A DNA stretch of 59,601 nucleotides, the filler included, from Nemertoderma westbladi (lineage: Eukaryota; Animalia; Xenacoelomorpha), in NCBI GenBank assembly GCA_032718475.1. It is 2 parts of 2 records of this genome, joined end to end, with 100 filler letters (N's around TTAATTAATTAA, not from the genome) between each part and the next. Parts side by side here need not be neighbours in the genome. Positions count along the whole stretch, not along the records: positions 1 to 30,574 come from JAUCBJ010005462.1; 1 more part is not named here. One strand, written 5' to 3'. Of this stretch, positions 12,508 to 25,200 are shown one piece after another. The stretch's first letter is position 1; every line of letters starts with the position of its first letter. The notes under the pieces were generated by a model. The model had not been told where the DNA came from and made no database searches. It worked only from the letters and a program-made list of their open reading frames with translations. The translations under genes were made by a program, and so were the position numbers.

Positions 12508-13302
12508 CACCATGTCCCAGAATAGTGTCGTAATTCAGTGACACGCCCCCCCCCCCCTAATTTTTTTACAAATCGCAATGAGATTGCATGAAATTTGAAA
12601 CAGAGATAGTTTCACCTCCCGACCACTGACTGGGTAAGCCAGAATTTTTATTTTTGCTTTGAATCTTTAGCTACAAGCGTTTAAATATGTAACACAATTT
12701 GAATTTCGTTGAAAAATAGCTGAGATATGAGCGTTCAAATGTTGCATGGTTTTGCAACGACGCGAAGCTATTTTATTGTATTTAATAAATAAACAATATT
12801 CTGGAACATTTTTTAAATGTATGAATAGCTAGGTAATAGTAAGATTAAAGATGTAATGCATTGTTGCCCAGCTACGTATTTGGATGAACAAAATATTCCA
12901 GATTATGATGCATTTATTAAATAGAATAAAATAGCCTCGCGCAGATGCATAACCATGCAAAATTTGAACTCCCATATCTCAGCTATTTTCCAACGAAATT
13001 CAAATTGCGTTACATATTTGAAATCCTTGCAGGGCCAGCTTTCCATTGGTACCAACAAACAGCTATAAGGTAGAAGAATAACTGCGGTGTAACTGGTGTA
13101 ATATCGTTGGAGACACTTTGTTTAAACGCTTGTAGCTAAAGATTGAAAGCAAAAATAAAAATTCTGGCTCACCCAGTCAGTGGTCGGGAGGTGAAACTAT
13201 CTGTTTCAAATTTCATGCAATCTCATTACGATTTGTAGAAAAATTAGGGGGGGGGGGGAGGGGGTGTCACTGAATTACGACACTATATTCTGGGACATGG
13301 TG
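12508..13302. mobile_element. MITE with long TIRs and TA target duplication (Tc1/mariner-type)
   Basis: TA|CACCATGTCCCAGAAT...ATTCTGGGACATGGTG|TA. ~175-bp TIRs plus a second internal inverted pair. A related TIR occurs at 55225. Confidence 0.88.
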
Positions 13303-13686
13303 TATTCTAGTATGACATAGGTTGATAGGCCTACAGTTACAGTTGAATCTCCTACATACATTGTATCATCGATGTCAGATTAAATTAAAGAATCACGATG
13401 TTCTATGTGAAACCAAAGTGCAGTCGCTGCAGCCTGCTGGGAACGACACAAACGATTATCAACGATCTGTTTCCTATTGAGTTCAAGTTAAAGATACTAA
13501 ATATATAATAACTAATAATGGTAAAGTAACATAATATTAAGAACAATGAGCTGAATTATATTATTCTTACTATAAAACAATAAAGTCTTAATTTATTTAT
13601 AAATTAAGATGGAAAGATGGAAAATACTGCTGTACTGAATAATTGTTAGTCTTAAACTGTCAGACTATGTAAACTCTTAAAATTTT

Positions 13687-16600
13687 TTGCTAATGGCTAT
13701 GGCATCTTTATACACCGTAAACCAAGGTAAACTCATCACCGCTCAGAACGACGCCATAGAGTCGAAGAACGAGTTAATTAAACTTCAATCGCGCTCTTCC
13801 CTCGATTTAGACACCAGCACTGCTACCGGTGCCAACCCACCACGCTCGAACCCTCCACAATCTACCATTGCTCCTCCAGTAACAAAACGCCAAGTTCCCC
13901 CCGGTGAGGAGAGACAAACTGCTCCCAAACAACCTTCAATAGTTGCTGATCCTGTTGATCATCAAAAACGACGGACAAATCGGAAACCGACGGAAATCGA
14001 GTCAGTGGCCCTCTTCGAGCGGATACTCGAGCTGTTCCTCTCCATAAAGCTCACATACACATTGGCCGTTTAGACCCATCTATAACCGCATCCCAAGTCA
14101 CAGATTTACTTACAACTGAGGAGATTCAGTTTGATGAGGTTATACCGGTTCCCCCGCAGAAAGATTCGCTATTAAGTGATGATAGGCATCTGCAACCAGG
14201 AAACAGTAATGAATCCCGAACTGTGGGAGTCGGGAATCTCGATACGATATTACCGGCTCAATGATGAAGAACCCACTCACTATGGAGCGCGTCCGTGGCA
14301 GCAATGGGTAAATCGCCAGAACACTCCTCAAGATTCAGGGGGCTACCAAGGTCCCCAGTAGCTTCTAATGATCAGGATAGGCCTAATCATAATTTTACCG
14401 GTATCCCCGAAGTTAACTTTATGGAATGTAGAGGGATTTAGTTACCTACATTCTCACCTTTCGTCTTCTGAAGTATATGGTAATAATAACATTTTGCTTT
14501 TAACAGAAACTTTTCTTTCGGCGTCACAAATTCCCATTGACTCAAGATATCCTTTTGCAGCACATATACAACCAGCTAGTCAACCTGAGCGCGGTCACCC
14601 GCAAGGAGGACTCGCTATTCTTTGCCAGCCTCACCTTCAGTTGAATCTGATAAAGTCATTTATTGTCGTAAAACCCACGATTGCTTATATAATTGTGTTC
14701 TACTTCGTAGCTGAGACCCCTGTGGAGGATATTATCTATGCTATAAATAATGCTTTAACATTCACTCTTCCAGACCTTCCTATAATAATAGGAGGAGACT
14801 TCAACTACCATATTGACCAGGGCCCCAGTGGACTAGATCTCTCCGACAGTTTAAACTCTCTCGGTTTGATACTGGAAAACGACCAAGCAGTTAGTACCTA
14901 TATATCACCACAAGGAGAAAGTTCAATCGGCTTCCTATTTATCAAGCTACCAACCCCACTAACATACACTACAACTTCTGTAAATTTTTCTTTAAACCCC
15001 ATTAGAAAACATCAAAGAGTTGTGCTCTATATGGAACTAAAACCCACTTCTTCAGACTCAACAACTGAAAATGTTCCTCACCGATTGAATAGAACACTAA
15101 ACCTTGAAGATTTACAATCCAACTTCCCATCCTCAATGATAAACTCGCTCATTCTGAATGGTGAGATGCTCTAACTGGAGCGATTTCCACAGCAGTGGAA
15201 CTTGAGTGCGCCCCACTAAAAGCCCTGGTTTGAAAATGCATGTAGAGAAGCCAAAACCCAGTTAAAGGACTTAATGGAACAGCGCTCATCTTCCACCGCA
15301 AACTCCGAGTACTATTGGAACGCCCATAAACAATACAAGTTACTCATAAAGACCAAAAGGGATCAATTTGAGTAGTCCCAACAAATCTATAAACTAAAAC
15401 AGACTGAATTACACCGTGGTCCCTCCTTAACAAAGATTATAAATGCAATGTATCTTCTCCAATCTCTGTTGAATGGCTAGAAATCTATTTCCAGGCGTTA
15501 CTAGGCGAGGCTGATAATCTCGATGGAACAACAGAAACACCGGAACCCAGCCTAAGCGAGGCAAAAAATAATGTATGGTACAACACTCCCATAACTGAGT
15601 ATGAGGTTGAAGATGCCATCAACTCTGCTTCTAATAAAAAGGCCTCTGGTCCAGACGGAATTTATTACGAGCACTTAAAAGCTGGCCTCCCGGTAATTCT
15701 TACCACCCTTGTAGCTCTTTGCAATGCTTGTTTAAATGTTGGTACTATTCCTCTCGGCTGGTTGATTAGCATTATTAAAACTATATATAAAGGTAAAGGA
15801 GAAATATCAAACCCCGACAACTACAGAGGTATCGCATTGATCAGTGTGTTTCTCAAGATCCTTACCTCGATCATTAATAGACAAGTCCGTTATAACGTGG
15901 GCCAAACTTTTCCCGGAGAGCAATACGGTTTCCAGGAAGGCTGGTCAACGATTCAAGCGATTCGGAAATTGCTCACAGCCATATCCGCAGTACTAAGTCC
16001 AGATAGAGAATCCGACGATCAGTGATGCCTTTATGCATTGTTTATCGACTTCAGGAAGGCCTTCGACCTTGTGAATCGGTCTATCTTATTGTTTCGAATC
16101 TACAACGAATTTGGCATTAAAGGAAACCTGTTCAATCTAACAAAAACACTTCTAAGAAATTCCATTAAAATATTTGATGGTATAACGTACTCCAAACTGA
16201 TAATTCAACTTCGTGGAATTCTCCAGGGGGACTGTTTCTCCCCAACCTGCTTCCTCCTATTTATTGCAGATCTAGGAAACTTTCTAAGAAATATTTCTTT
16301 AATGCTCAAATTAATTTTCTTTGCGGATGATTTTGGTGCTATATTCATCAAACTGTGACGATCTACAAAGGGCTCTCGATGTTATAAATATTTGGTGTCT
16401 AAACAATGGTATGCAACTCAACTTGAAGAAAACCAAAATTATCAAGTTTCGAAAAGGCAGCCAGTTGGCTCTGAGTGATCAATTCACGTATGCGGGAGAA
16501 AACGTACAGATTTGTAATAGTTACGAATATCTTGGAATCATCCTCCAGTCTTCTCTTTGCTTCTCTAAGCACATTAATAAAAAGAAAGGAACATATACTT

Positions 16601-17258
16601 TTACAGAAATCGCCATTTTCTTTACATTGTACAATCTCAAAGAAATTGATAAAACTAAATCCGCGTTCTTAAAACGATTACTGGGACTCCACAGATCTTC
16701 CTCGGCTACTGTGGCACATAAACTGGTTGGTTGCCGTACTTTTGTTGAAGAACTTGCTGCTGAATCTCCGGAAATATTCAATAGGGAAACCCTGGCTAAC
16801 TACCACGCTTTTCACGAAGAGCGCGACATTAACTTCATTATCCAAGGTTACTCCGACGGACCTGCATTCGCATCGACTTCCTGGCAAGAACCTATGCAGA
16901 AAACTCGCCACTTCGCTACAAGGGCTACGGCCCATGGGTTCCACTGGAAACTGTGCAAGACTCGAGGAACTTTCCACAAGCCGACTTCCGACTGCGTCTG
17001 TAAATTCTGCGACACCTCAACAAGCGACAGGTACCATTGCCTCACATGTAACTCGGGCCCCTCTCCATTTTAACATAAGGGAAAAATTTATTTATCTCGT
17101 TTATTGTTATTTATTGATTATCTAATTATGCTACATTGTTTGTACATGGTACTGATTTTACTGCTTTTAACACCTTTTTACTCATACAGAGTGTAAATAA
17201 AATATAAAAAAAGACCGGCATATCCCTGTAGTGCAATGCCCTTACAGGTACAATAAAT
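13687..17258 (+). mobile_element. Degenerate near-full-length APE-type LINE (RTEX-like): ORF1 remnants, endonuclease, RT, C-terminal Cys/His region
   Basis: LWNVEG, LLTETF, IIGGDFN, KASGPDGI, KGKG..PDNYRGIALIS, FIDFRKAFD, GILQGDCFSP, FADD, YEYLG; C-terminal HGFHWKLC..CVCKFC..HCLTC; 3' hairpin followed by AATAAA. Confidence 0.85.
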
Positions 17259-17949
17259 GGGATAATCTTTTAGGCTCGTTAAGCCAATGAATGCCTGTTC
17301 ACCACCATGGGTAATCTTCCACTTATATTCATAATGTATTACAGATATCCAATTACATTTATAATGTAATGAATGCCCCACCGACCGTGTACATGTATAA
17401 AAGTTTGTTGTTTGTACACTTTGCAGGCCGGATAGCAGCGGAAGTTATAAATCAGATTTCCTACGGGTGAAACCAGTTTCTGAAAGATATAAACTACCCA
17501 GTGGAAAACCTGCCTATGTAACCAGGACTTTGTTACGACGGTCGAAGACTGAGGAAGGACATAATCAAAAGAGACTGAGTGATTACGTCACCGAGCTTGT
17601 AGAAAGTAGGTATTATTTGTGAAGTTATGATATTTCCCCCATTCATAACTCGCCCAGGCTGTGAAACAGTGAAAGTATGACACAACTGAAGGACAGTGAA
17701 ATTGTGCTTGTATAGAAAAGCTTGCATAGGTAGTTTGCTAAACTGTAGACTGGTAAAAGAAAGTGAAACCATCTTGTTTGAAAGTTAGAAAAATAAAATA
17801 TGCTTGTTGCTAAGCTATGGGGAAAAGTAAGTGAGTTCATGCGGGTATATAAGTAGAAAGTACGTAATGTATGTAAGTAAAACCAACACAAACTAAAAAG
17901 CAACCGCGACGATATTAGTTGCATGCATTAAAAAGTAACGTTTTCTACC

Positions 17950-18170
17950 GTTAGGCCAGGGATCACGCACAAGTGCGGTCCCCATGAACTATACTCCCAG
18001 AGGAAAAAAACTCCAGTACTCATTAAGTGACCATTTAAGGATGCAATGCGCCCTGGCTAGTCCCTTTTAAAGCATTCGTGCAGAAACGAAATCTGGCCGT
18101 GCCTCCATGCGGGGAAGGAACCCACGACCTTCAAGATATGTGAATTCAAGTAAGCTGCTACGCCAAGGTG
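17950..18170 (-). repeat. Possible tRNA-derived SINE remnant
   Basis: Minus-strand B-box-like GGTCGTGGGTTCCTTCCCC; the rest is weak. Confidence 0.25.
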
Positions 18171-19398
18171 GGCTGATAGACAGGTTTCGCCCCAGAGATG
18201 CGGTGGACTTTCAGAAGCTAAACTGATGTTTAGGATGCACGAGTTTCAAATGGAGAAGTATCAGGCATTATCGAAATAGGAGGTGGTGGAGCCACTATCT
18301 CAGTTAGCTACCGTGTTTTGGGCTCGTCATGATGTGGTTGTGTGCAGTGCAGTGATGCGCTGCTGTTCACTGGCATTCTTGGTCGCCCCATCCTGGTGCT
18401 GTCTAACGCGTTCTATTGGCTGGTTTTTCCAACATATTTCCCTTGCAAGACGGACCAGAGATGAATAAACAAAGTTAGAAGCAAGTCCAGGACTGGGTGA
18501 ATTAAAGGTGAGAACGATTGTGACGCAGTTTCGATCTTATAAAGACATGCCGAACTGGCGGTGTGCAGCAAGACTTGAGAATGAGGAATTCGAACTTACA
18601 GATAATCTGTCTGTGACTATCAGCATCAGGGTCAACCGTGTCAATGACATCGATGGGTTTGACCGCCGGTGGCACCTCTGTGTCAATAACACTGTTTGTC
18701 ATTGAGTTAGTTAACTACGCCACTACCTCCTAGTTTATTAGTGCCCGTTTCTTCTCCATTTGGAATTTATCACCTGACACCTTAAATAGCACTTAGCTTC
18801 TATATAATATATATAAAGCCCCCCTCTGAGACGAGACCTACTGGACAGCTGACCCCCATCAGATTATCACTAATTGCATCAACTAATCTGGTCACAGTTG
18901 TTCTTTAGTTTGCTTTTTAACAACTTAGAATTGCTTGCCAGTAGGTGCAATTTGCCTAACAAACATCACCTATTTCAGAAGGAAGTGTTTTTCGAAAACG
19001 AGAAAAAGTCTTCAAACATTTCACTCGTAAGTGCCACAACAACTATTTACAAAATTATTCAAATTGGCCTAAATTTATAATCTTGTTACAGCTGTTAATT
19101 TACTTCCGGCGATCCCAAAGATTGTAAAGGCAACTTCCGGTTCTGCAGATTTAGTCGCTACTAACGAACATTCGTCGACCCACCGCCGCCATTCAACGCA
19201 GGTCCGTGAACGCATCCCGACAAACGAACAGTTAACCACTTTCGAGGATTTACTAAACCAAAAGTACGAGGTCATGTCTCCACTCAATATCTACACAAAA
19301 AGTCTCATATGGTTACATTCAACAGCCATGAAAGGTTCCTCCAATGAAAACGAAGAAACTCGATATCTAAGAATTTATAAGCCTCAGCAAAGGCAATT

Positions 19399-20465
19399 AG
19401 AAGTTCGGAGTAGTTGGGGTAGGAACGTGTACAGTAAAACTCACCAGTATTAGTTGGAGTTGTAGAAGTTCGGTGTAGTTGGGGTAGGAACGTGTACAGT
19501 AAAACTCACCAGTATTAGTTGGAGATGTAGAAGTTCGGAGTAGTTGGGGTAGGAACGTCTACAGTAAAACTCACCAGTATTAGTTGGAGTTGTAGAAGTT
19601 CGGTGTAGTTGGGGTAGGAACGTGTACAGTAAAACTCACCAGTATTAGTTGGAGATGTAGAAGTTCGGTGTAGTTGGGGTAGGAACGTGTACAGTAAAAC
19701 TCACCAGTATTAGTTGGAGATGTAGAAGTTCGGTGTAGTTGGGGTAGGAACGTGTACAGTAAAACTCACCAGTATTAGTTGGAGTTGTAGAAGTTCGGAG
19801 TAGTTGGGGTAGGAACGTGTACAGTAAAACTCACCAGTATTAGTTGGAGATGTAGAAGTTCGGTGTAGTTGGGGTAGGAACGTGTACAGTAAAACTCACC
19901 AGTATTAGTTGGAGTTGTAGAAGTTCGGTGTAGTTGGGGTAGGAACGTGTGCAGTAAAACTCACCAGTATTAGTTGGAGTTGTAGAAGTTCGGTGTAGTT
20001 GGGGTAGGAACGTGTACAGTAAAACTCACCAGTATTAGTTGGAGTTGTAGAAGTTCGGTGTAGTTGGGGTAGGAACGTGTACAGTAAAACTCACCAGTAT
20101 TAGTTGGAGTTGTAGAAGTTCGGTGTAGTTGGGGTAGGAACGTGTACAGTAAAACTCACCAGTATTAGTTGGAGTTGTAGAAGTTCGGTGTAGTTGGGGT
20201 AGGAACGTGTACAGTAAAACTCACCAGTATTAGTTGGAGTTGTAGAAGTTCGGAGTAGTTGGGGTAGGAACGTGTACAGTAAAACTCACCAGTATTAGTT
20301 GGAGATGTAGAAGTTCGGAGTAGTTGGGGTAGGAACGTGTACAGTAAAACTCACCAGTATTAGTTGGAGTTGTAGAAGTTCGGAGTAGTTGGGGTAGGAA
20401 CGTGTACAGTAAAACTCACCAGTATTAGTTGGAGTTGTAGAAGTTCGGAGTAGTTGGGGTAGGAA
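19399..20465. repeat. 65-bp satellite, left block (~16 copies)
   Basis: Unit GTAGAAGTTCGGAGTAGTTGGGGTAGGAACGTGTACAGTAAAACTCACCAGTATTAGTTGGAGTT. Confidence 0.97.
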
Positions 20466-22267
20466 CAGGCCCGTATCGTGCGGGGGGGCTTTGGGGGCAC
20501 TGCCCCCCCAGAGAAGTCCCACTGCCCCCCCAGACATGTATTGTTCACTCGTCTTGTTCACAGTTAATTAATAATAATATTGTTGGTAATCAATATTATT
20601 GGATTCACCTACTCCTGCCCACTGACCTGACCTGACTCCCCACCATTCCATTTGGTCCAATTCCTATAATACTACACGACATTAATATACCTACCTACCG
20701 TAATAATTTCTAAAAATACATACAATAATTCATGCAAGTGTAATCTTGAAAGCAAAATAAGCAAAATCTAAGCAGATGCCCTTGATCACTTTACACCAGC
20801 CTAGAGGCGGGCTTGAAAACTGCAGTCGATTTAAACCTTGTGCTCTCTTTGAGGTCATTTTTGACCCATCGAAGATTTAAACTTACACAATTTTATCACA
20901 CATTGATATTTTATCTCGAAATTTTGTGACATTTATTATTTTACAGTACTTCTCAATTAGAAAAACAAAGATGTAAAAATTTGCAAGGGGGTCTATTCAA
21001 TTTTACAATTTATAGGGGCCTACACATCGTGTTTTGTACCTGTACCATTCAATATCAACAAAAAACTTTTTTGATTTCAACTCAGTTCTCAAATCAGATG
21101 TCATCAAATGGGCCCAAACTTAGAAAGATACCAAAATTTTGATTTGGGGAGGACAGTAAATATTCCAACAGGCACATGGCCAGTTCCTGCCCTTGGCACA
21201 AGTGAGTCATATTCCCAATTTTGTGATGATCCACTTCTAGTATTCCTACTGCATTGATATTATGCTCATTTAGAACCGCAATGACCGATTAAGTTGTTGT
21301 AGACACCTTCAAAACAAGCATAAAGCGAATAGTTTTTGAGATATTTGTCAGGTATTTGTCAATATCGCATCAAGGCGCTAATTTTGACTTGTGCCGGACT
21401 TAACATTATCTGCAATATCTCAAAAACTATTCGCTCTATGCTTGTTTGGAAGGTGTCTAAATCTGTCATTGCGGTTCTATTGATCATAAATATCAATGCA
21501 GTAGGAACAATAGAAGTTGATCATCACAAAAATGGGGAATATGACTCACTTGCACTAAGGGCGGGTACTGGCCATGTGCCTGTGGGAATATTTCCTGTCA
21601 TCCCCAAATCAAAATTTTGGTATCTATCGAAGTTTGGGCTCATTTGATGACATCTGATGTGCAAACTCAGTTTAAATTCGACAAAAAAATTTTTGGACCA
21701 CCCCAACCCTCTCATTTACCTGAGGTCAAAATTGAACTCAAAGGAATCATCTGTTTGAGAAACGAAGGGGTACAAAAGGGTTAAGACCACAGAAAAAGTT
21801 TAAATGACACAGCTAATGGTCGAGTACAATTCTGCCAAGTTTCAGGTTAAACGGATTGAAAGCAAATAAATGGGAGGACATTTAATGTTTAGACATGTAG
21901 CCATCTAGCGGGAAACTGTTGAACTGTTGGGGTCAAAAGTCGCTAAATAATGTCAAGTTTTGGACATATTTATGCCTACAAATTTTTAATTCGACAGCTT
22001 TAAATAAATTCTGCCTTATATGAATGTCAAATTAGTTACGTCAACAACTATTTGCCATTATTGACAATCTCCTTAACAGTGTCAATTCGCCAAGGTTCTG
22101 CCAACTTCGTGGCTCGCCCCACACACCTTTCAACAAAATATTGATTTTACTTTATGTACTAAATTAACTCTCACTTTGTTGTATGCTCCCCAAATCCCAG
22201 TTATGGGTTTTGCCCCCCCAGATTTGGCCTCTGCCCCCCCAGATATTATGATCACCATACGGGCCTG
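20466..22267. mobile_element. Non-autonomous hAT-type DNA transposon inserted in the satellite
   Basis: TIR CAGGCCCGTAT...ATACGGGCCTG; exact 8-bp TSD GGTAGGAA (20458-20465 and 22268-22275); subterminal GCCCCCCCAGA motifs. Confidence 0.92.
20835..21780. mobile_element. TTAA-flanked (piggyBac-type) MITE nested in the hAT element
   Basis: TTAA|ACCTTGTGC...TACAAAAGGG|TTAA; internal ~250-bp inverted arms (~21095-21350 vs ~21415-21660). Confidence 0.7.
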
Positions 22268-25200
22268 GGTAGGAACGTGTACAGTAAAACTCACCAGTAT
22301 TAGTTGGAGTTGTAGAAGTTCGGAGTAGTTGGGGTAGGAACGTCTACAGTAAAACTCACCAGTATTAGTTGGAGATGTAGAAGTTCGGTGTAGTTGGGGT
22401 AGGAACGTGTACAGTAAAACTCACCAGTATTAGTTGGAGTTGTAGAAGTTCGGAGTAGTTGGGGTAGGAACGTCTACAGTAAAACTCACCAGTATTAGTT
22501 GGAGTTGTAGAAGTTCGGAGTAGTTGGGGTAGGAACGTGTACAGTAAAACTCACCAGTATTAGTTGGAGTTGTAGAAGTTCGGAGTAGTTGGGGTAGGAA
22601 CGTCTACAGTAAAACTCACCAGTATTAGTTGGAGTTGTAGAAGTTCGGAGTAGTTGGGGTAGGAACGTGTACAGTAAAACTCACCAGTATTAGTTGGAGT
22701 TGTAAAAGTTCGGAGTAGTTGGGGTAGGAACGTCTACAGTAAAACTCACCAGTATTAGTTGGAGTTGTAGAAGTTCGGAGTAGTTGGGGTAGGAACGTGT
22801 ACAGTAAAACTCACCAGTATTAGTTGGAGTTGTAGAAGTTCGGTGTAGTTGGGGTAGGAACGTGTACAGTAAAACTCACCAGTATTAGTTGGAGTTGTAG
22901 AAGTTCGGAGTAGTTGGGGTAGGAACGTGTACAGTAAAACTCACCAGTATTAGTTGGAGTTGTAGAAGTTCGGAGTAGTTGGGGTAGGAACGTCTACAGT
23001 AAAACTCACCAGTATTAGTTGGAGTTGTAGAAGTTCGGAGTAGTTGGGGTAGGAACGTGTACAGTAAAACTCACCAGTATTAGTTGGAGTTGTAGAAGTT
23101 CGGAGTAGTTGGGGTAGGAACGTCTACAGTAAAACTCACGAGTATTAGTTGGAGTTGTAGAAGTTCGGAGTAGTTGGGGTAGGAACGTCTACAGTAAAAC
23201 TCACCAGTATTAGTTGGAGATGTAGAAGTTCGGAGTAGTTGGGGTAGGAACGTGTACTGTAAAACTCACCAGTATTAGTTGGAGTTGTAGAAGTTCGGAG
23301 TAGTTGGGGTAGGAACGTGTACAGTAAAACTCACCAGTATTAGTTGGAGTTGTAGAAGTTCGGAGTAGTTGGGGTAGGAACGTGTGCAGTAAAACTCACC
23401 AGTATTAGTTGGAGTTATAGAAGTTCGGAGTAGTTGGGGTAGGAACGTGTACAGTAAAACTCACCAGTATTAGTTGGAGATGTAGAAGTTCGGAGTAGTT
23501 GGGGTAGGAACGTGTACAGTAAAACTCACCAGTATTAGTTGGAGTTGTAGAAGTTGGGGTAGGAACGTGTGCAGTAAAACTCACCAGTATTAGTTGGAGT
23601 TGTAGAAGTTGGGGTAGGAACGTGTGCAGTAAAACTCACCAGTATTAGTTGGAGTTGTAGAAGTTCGGAGTAGTTGGGGTAGGAACGTGTACAGTAAAAC
23701 TCACCAGTATTAGTTGGAGTTGTAGAAGTTGGGGTAGGAACGTGTGCAGTAAAACTCACCAGTATTAGTTGGAGTTGTAGAAGTTGGGGTAGGAACGTGT
23801 GCAGTAAAACTCACCAGTATTAGTTGGAGTTGTAGAAGTTCGGTGTAGTTGGGGTAGGAACGTGTACAGTAAAACTCACCAGTATTAGTTGGAGATGTAG
23901 AAGTTCGGAGTAGTTGGGGTAGGAACGTCTACAGTAAAACTCACCAGTATTAGTTGGAGTTGTAGAAGTTGGGGTAGGAACGTGTACAGTAAAACTCACC
24001 AGTATTAGTTGGAGTTGTAGAAGTTCGGAGTAGTTGGGGTAGGAACGTGTACAGTAAAACTCACCAGTATTAGTTGGAGTTGTAGAAGTTCGGAGTAGTT
24101 GGGGTAGGAACGTGTACAGTAAAACTCACCAGTATTAGTTGGAGTTGTAGAAGTTCGGAGTAGTTGGGGTAGGAACGTCTACAGTAAAACTCACCAGTAT
24201 TAGTTGGAGTTGTAGAAGTTGGGGTAGGAACGTGTACAGTAAAACTCACCAGTATTAGTTGGAGTTGTAGAAGTTCGGAGTAGTTGGGGTAGGAACGTGT
24301 ACAGTAAAACTCACCAGTATTAGTTGGAGTTGTAGAAGTTCGGAGTAGTTGGGGTAGGAACGTGTACAGTAAAACTCACCAGTATTAGTTGGAGTTGTAG
24401 AAGTTCGGAGTAGTTGGGGTAGGAACGTGTACAGTAAAACTCACCAGTATTAGTTGGAGTTGTAGAAGTTCGGAGTAGTTGGGGTAGGAACGTGTACAGT
24501 AAAACTCACCAGTATTAGTTGGAGTTGTAGAAGTTGGGGTAGGAACGTGTACAGTAAAACTCACCAGTATTAGTTGGAGTTGTAGAAGTTCGGTGTAGTT
24601 GGGGTAGGAACGTGTACAGTAAAACTCACCAGTATTAGTTGGAGTTGTAGAAGTTCGGAGTAGTTGGGGTAGGAACGTCTACAGTAAAACTCACCAGTAT
24701 TAGTTGGAGTTGTAGAAGTTCGGTGTAGTTGGGGTAGGAACGTCTACAGTAAAACTCACCAGTATTAGTTGGAGTTGTAGAAGTTCGGTGTAGTTGGGGT
24801 AGGAACGTGTACAGTAAAACTCACCAGTATTAGTTGGAGTTGTAGAAGTTCGGAGTAGTTGGGGTAGGAACGTGTACAGTAAAACTCACCAGTATTAGTT
24901 GGAGTTGTAGAAGTTGGGGTAGGAACGTGTACAGTAAAACTCACCAGTATTAGTTGGAGTTGTAGAAGTTCGGAGTAGTTGGGGTAGGAACGTGTACAGT
25001 AAAACTCACCAGTATTAGTTGGAGTTGTAGAAGTTCGGAGTAGTTGGGGTAGGAACGTGTACAGTAAAACTCACCAGTATTAGTTGGAGTTGTAGAAGTT
25101 CGGAGTAGTTGGGGTAGGAACGTGTACAGTAAAACTCACCAGTATTAGTTGGAGATGTAGAAGTTTGGAGTAGTTGGGGTAGGAACGTGTACAGTAAAAC